NCBI GenBank assembly: GCA_965249725.1
Contig: CBDFMQ010000002.1
Coordinates: forward strand, 2,528,001-2,592,000
From: Longimicrobiales bacterium
Lineage (GTDB): Bacteria; Gemmatimonadota; Gemmatimonadetes; Longimicrobiales; Gaopeijiaceae
Length of the DNA stretch: 64,000 nt
Direction: 5' to 3'
This document shows positions 62,390 to 64,000 of the stretch, piece after piece; position 1 is the first letter of the stretch; each line of letters starts with the position of its first letter. Below the pieces are notes generated by a model. The model saw only the letters and a program-made list of their open reading frames with translations. It was not told the origin of the DNA and did no database searches. The position numbers and the translations under genes are program-made.

Positions 62390-62406
62390 TTCTCTGAATA
62401 CTACCA

Positions 62407-62434
62407 AAGTTAGGCCCTATCGGCCTGATGTCAA
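62407..62434 (-). promoter_or_regulatory. Candidate sigma70 promoter for feoAB
   Basis: Minus strand TTGACA-16 nt-TAACTT. An alternative extended -10, TGGTAGTAT, lies at 62398-62406. Confidence 0.5.
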
Positions 62435-62457
62435 CATCAAAGCTGGGGATCAAACGG

Positions 62458-63879
62458 CTAGGACAACTCGGCGACGGAGTCACGAATGTCAGCGAGGCAC
62501 TGCTCCATCCGATCCCGGTGGGTGCGGAACGAGAGCACGCAGATACGAAGCGCAAAGCGGCCGTGCAGCACCGTGCCGGTGAGGTAGACGTTCTGTCGGG
62601 CATTGACCCGGTCGAGCAGCTCACGGTTCAGGGCGTTTAGGTCGTCGTCCGAACGGCCCTCCGGAGCCAGCCGGAACGCGGTAAGCGAGAGCCGCGGCTC
62701 CGCGAGGATCTCCATGTCGGGGATCTCCCGGAGTCGATCGGCCGCCCAGCGGGCGAGGTCGAGTTTCTCGTCCAGATTGACACGAAAAGCGTCGATCCCG
62801 AAGAGCTTGATGGGGAGCCATGCGCGCAGCCCTCTGAAGTCCCGGGTCAACTCCGGAGACACGTCGCAGTAGTCAACGAAGTCGGCGTCGTGCTGCATGT
62901 CCGGCATGTAGTCGGCGAAGGTCGTGTGCGCCCGCCTCAACGACTCGCCATCGCGCACTAGCAGCGACCCGGTGCCATAAGGAAGGAAGAGCCCCTTGTG
63001 CGGGTCGAGCGCGATGGAGTCCGCACGATCGAGGCCACGCAGCGCCTCGCGTCCGCGCGCCGTGAGCATGAAGAAGCCGCCGTACGCGGCATCGACGTGC
63101 AGCCAAAGCCCCTCTGCCTGCGCCAGGTCGGCCAAGCCCTCGAGATCGTCCACGGCGCCCGTATTGGTGGTCCCTCCGCTCGCCACTACCAGGAACGGCT
63201 CCAAGCCGTCGGCGCGGTCCTCGGCGATCCGTTCCCGCAGGGCGTCGAGCGGCAACTCACAGTCCTCGTGGGTCGGAATCTCACGAACGCTCCTCTCCGG
63301 GAAGCCCGCGAGGAGCGCCGCTTTGCGCACAGAGTGGTGCGTTTGATCCGAGGTATAGATCGATCCTGCCTGAAAGTCCTCCGGGAGTCGCTCCCTCCGC
63401 GCGGCCACCGCGGCCGTGAAGTTCGCCATCGAACCACCGCTCGTGAGGATGCCTCCCGAGCCCGAGGGATAGTCAACGATGTCACAGAACCACCGGACCA
63501 CGTTGGTTTCGAGCTGCACCAAGGCCGGCGCCGCGACCCACACGCCCACGTATCGGTTCACGACGTTCGCGATGAGGTCGGCGATTGCGGATGGAAACAC
63601 GCCGCCACCCGGGATGTACGCCAGATACCCGGGCCCCGCGGTGTTGAACGAGGCCGGCACCGCCTCTTCGAACACGAGGTCGAGCAAGGTCTCGAGCGAT
63701 GCGCCCTTTGCGGGGAGCGGCTCGGCCAGTGCGCTCGCCACGGTCCGGCCATCGTGGGTATACGAAGCCGGCTGGTCAGGCAGCGACGCGATGTGTTCGA
63801 TCACGCGCTCGGCGGCCTGATCGATCATCACCCGCATTTCTTCGGCCGACGGCTCGAGGGGGTACGGCTCGGTCCCCAT
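62458..63879 (-). CDS. Group II pyridoxal-dependent (amino acid) decarboxylase
   Basis: SGGSMAN, HHSVRKA, GTTNTGAVD, HVDAAYGG, DPHKGLF. Confidence 0.92.
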   Translation of the reverse strand: MGTEPYPLEPSAEEMRVMIDQAAERVIEHIASLPDQPASYTHDGRTVASALAEPLPAKGASLETLLDLVFEEAVPASFNTAGPGYLAYIPGGGVFPSAIADLIANVVNRYVGVWVAAPALVQLETNVVRWFCDIVDYPSGSGGILTSGGSMANFTAAVAARRERLPEDFQAGSIYTSDQTHHSVRKAALLAGFPERSVREIPTHEDCELPLDALRERIAEDRADGLEPFLVVASGGTTNTGAVDDLEGLADLAQAEGLWLHVDAAYGGFFMLTARGREALRGLDRADSIALDPHKGLFLPYGTGSLLVRDGESLRRAHTTFADYMPDMQHDADFVDYCDVSPELTRDFRGLRAWLPIKLFGIDAFRVNLDEKLDLARWAADRLREIPDMEILAEPRLSLTAFRLAPEGRSDDDLNALNRELLDRVNARQNVYLTGTVLHGRFALRICVLSFRTHRDRMEQCLADIRDSVAELS

Positions 63880-64000
63880 TCACACTCTCCCTTGGGATCT
63901 CTGGATGACGCGTGTGTTTGAGATAGCATCGGAGCGCGGCTCCCGCATCAGGCGGCCGCGACGGCCCGCTCGGTCACCCATCATGGCGTTGGCCGGTCGC

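Overview
High-GC bacterial chromosomal window. The gene repertoire (Ser/Thr kinase-beta-propeller fusion, DUF1592/DUF1552/ankyrin cluster, choice-of-anchor B proteins, many exported hydrolases) suggests Gemmatimonadota; that placement is inference. It carries about 45 coding loci, tRNA-Arg(CCG), RNase P RNA, gdhA, feoAB with a Fur-type box, and a DUF222-HNH gene. I see no integrase, transposase, prophage or CRISPR array. The best candidate for an undescribed system is a tightly packed minus-strand operon at 8.9-15.5 kb: an exported atypical-kinase-like domain fused to an Omp85/BamA-type barrel, polyphosphate kinase 1, a stand-alone DUF5706 (Pycsar-effector-type) membrane protein and an MBL hydrolase, with a divergent exported histidine phosphatase. 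Other notable items are a 185-bp tRNA-linked repeat with a split T-loop, a heptad-repeat coiled-coil gene absent from the ORF track, an orphan NosR-like flavoprotein, an output-less c-heme sensor, a PEP-synthase-like gene upstream of gdhA, several gene remnants and many local tandem duplications. Three apparent +1 frameshifts lie in G-runs and may be sequencing errors. All family assignments are from motif recognition by eye, not database searches.
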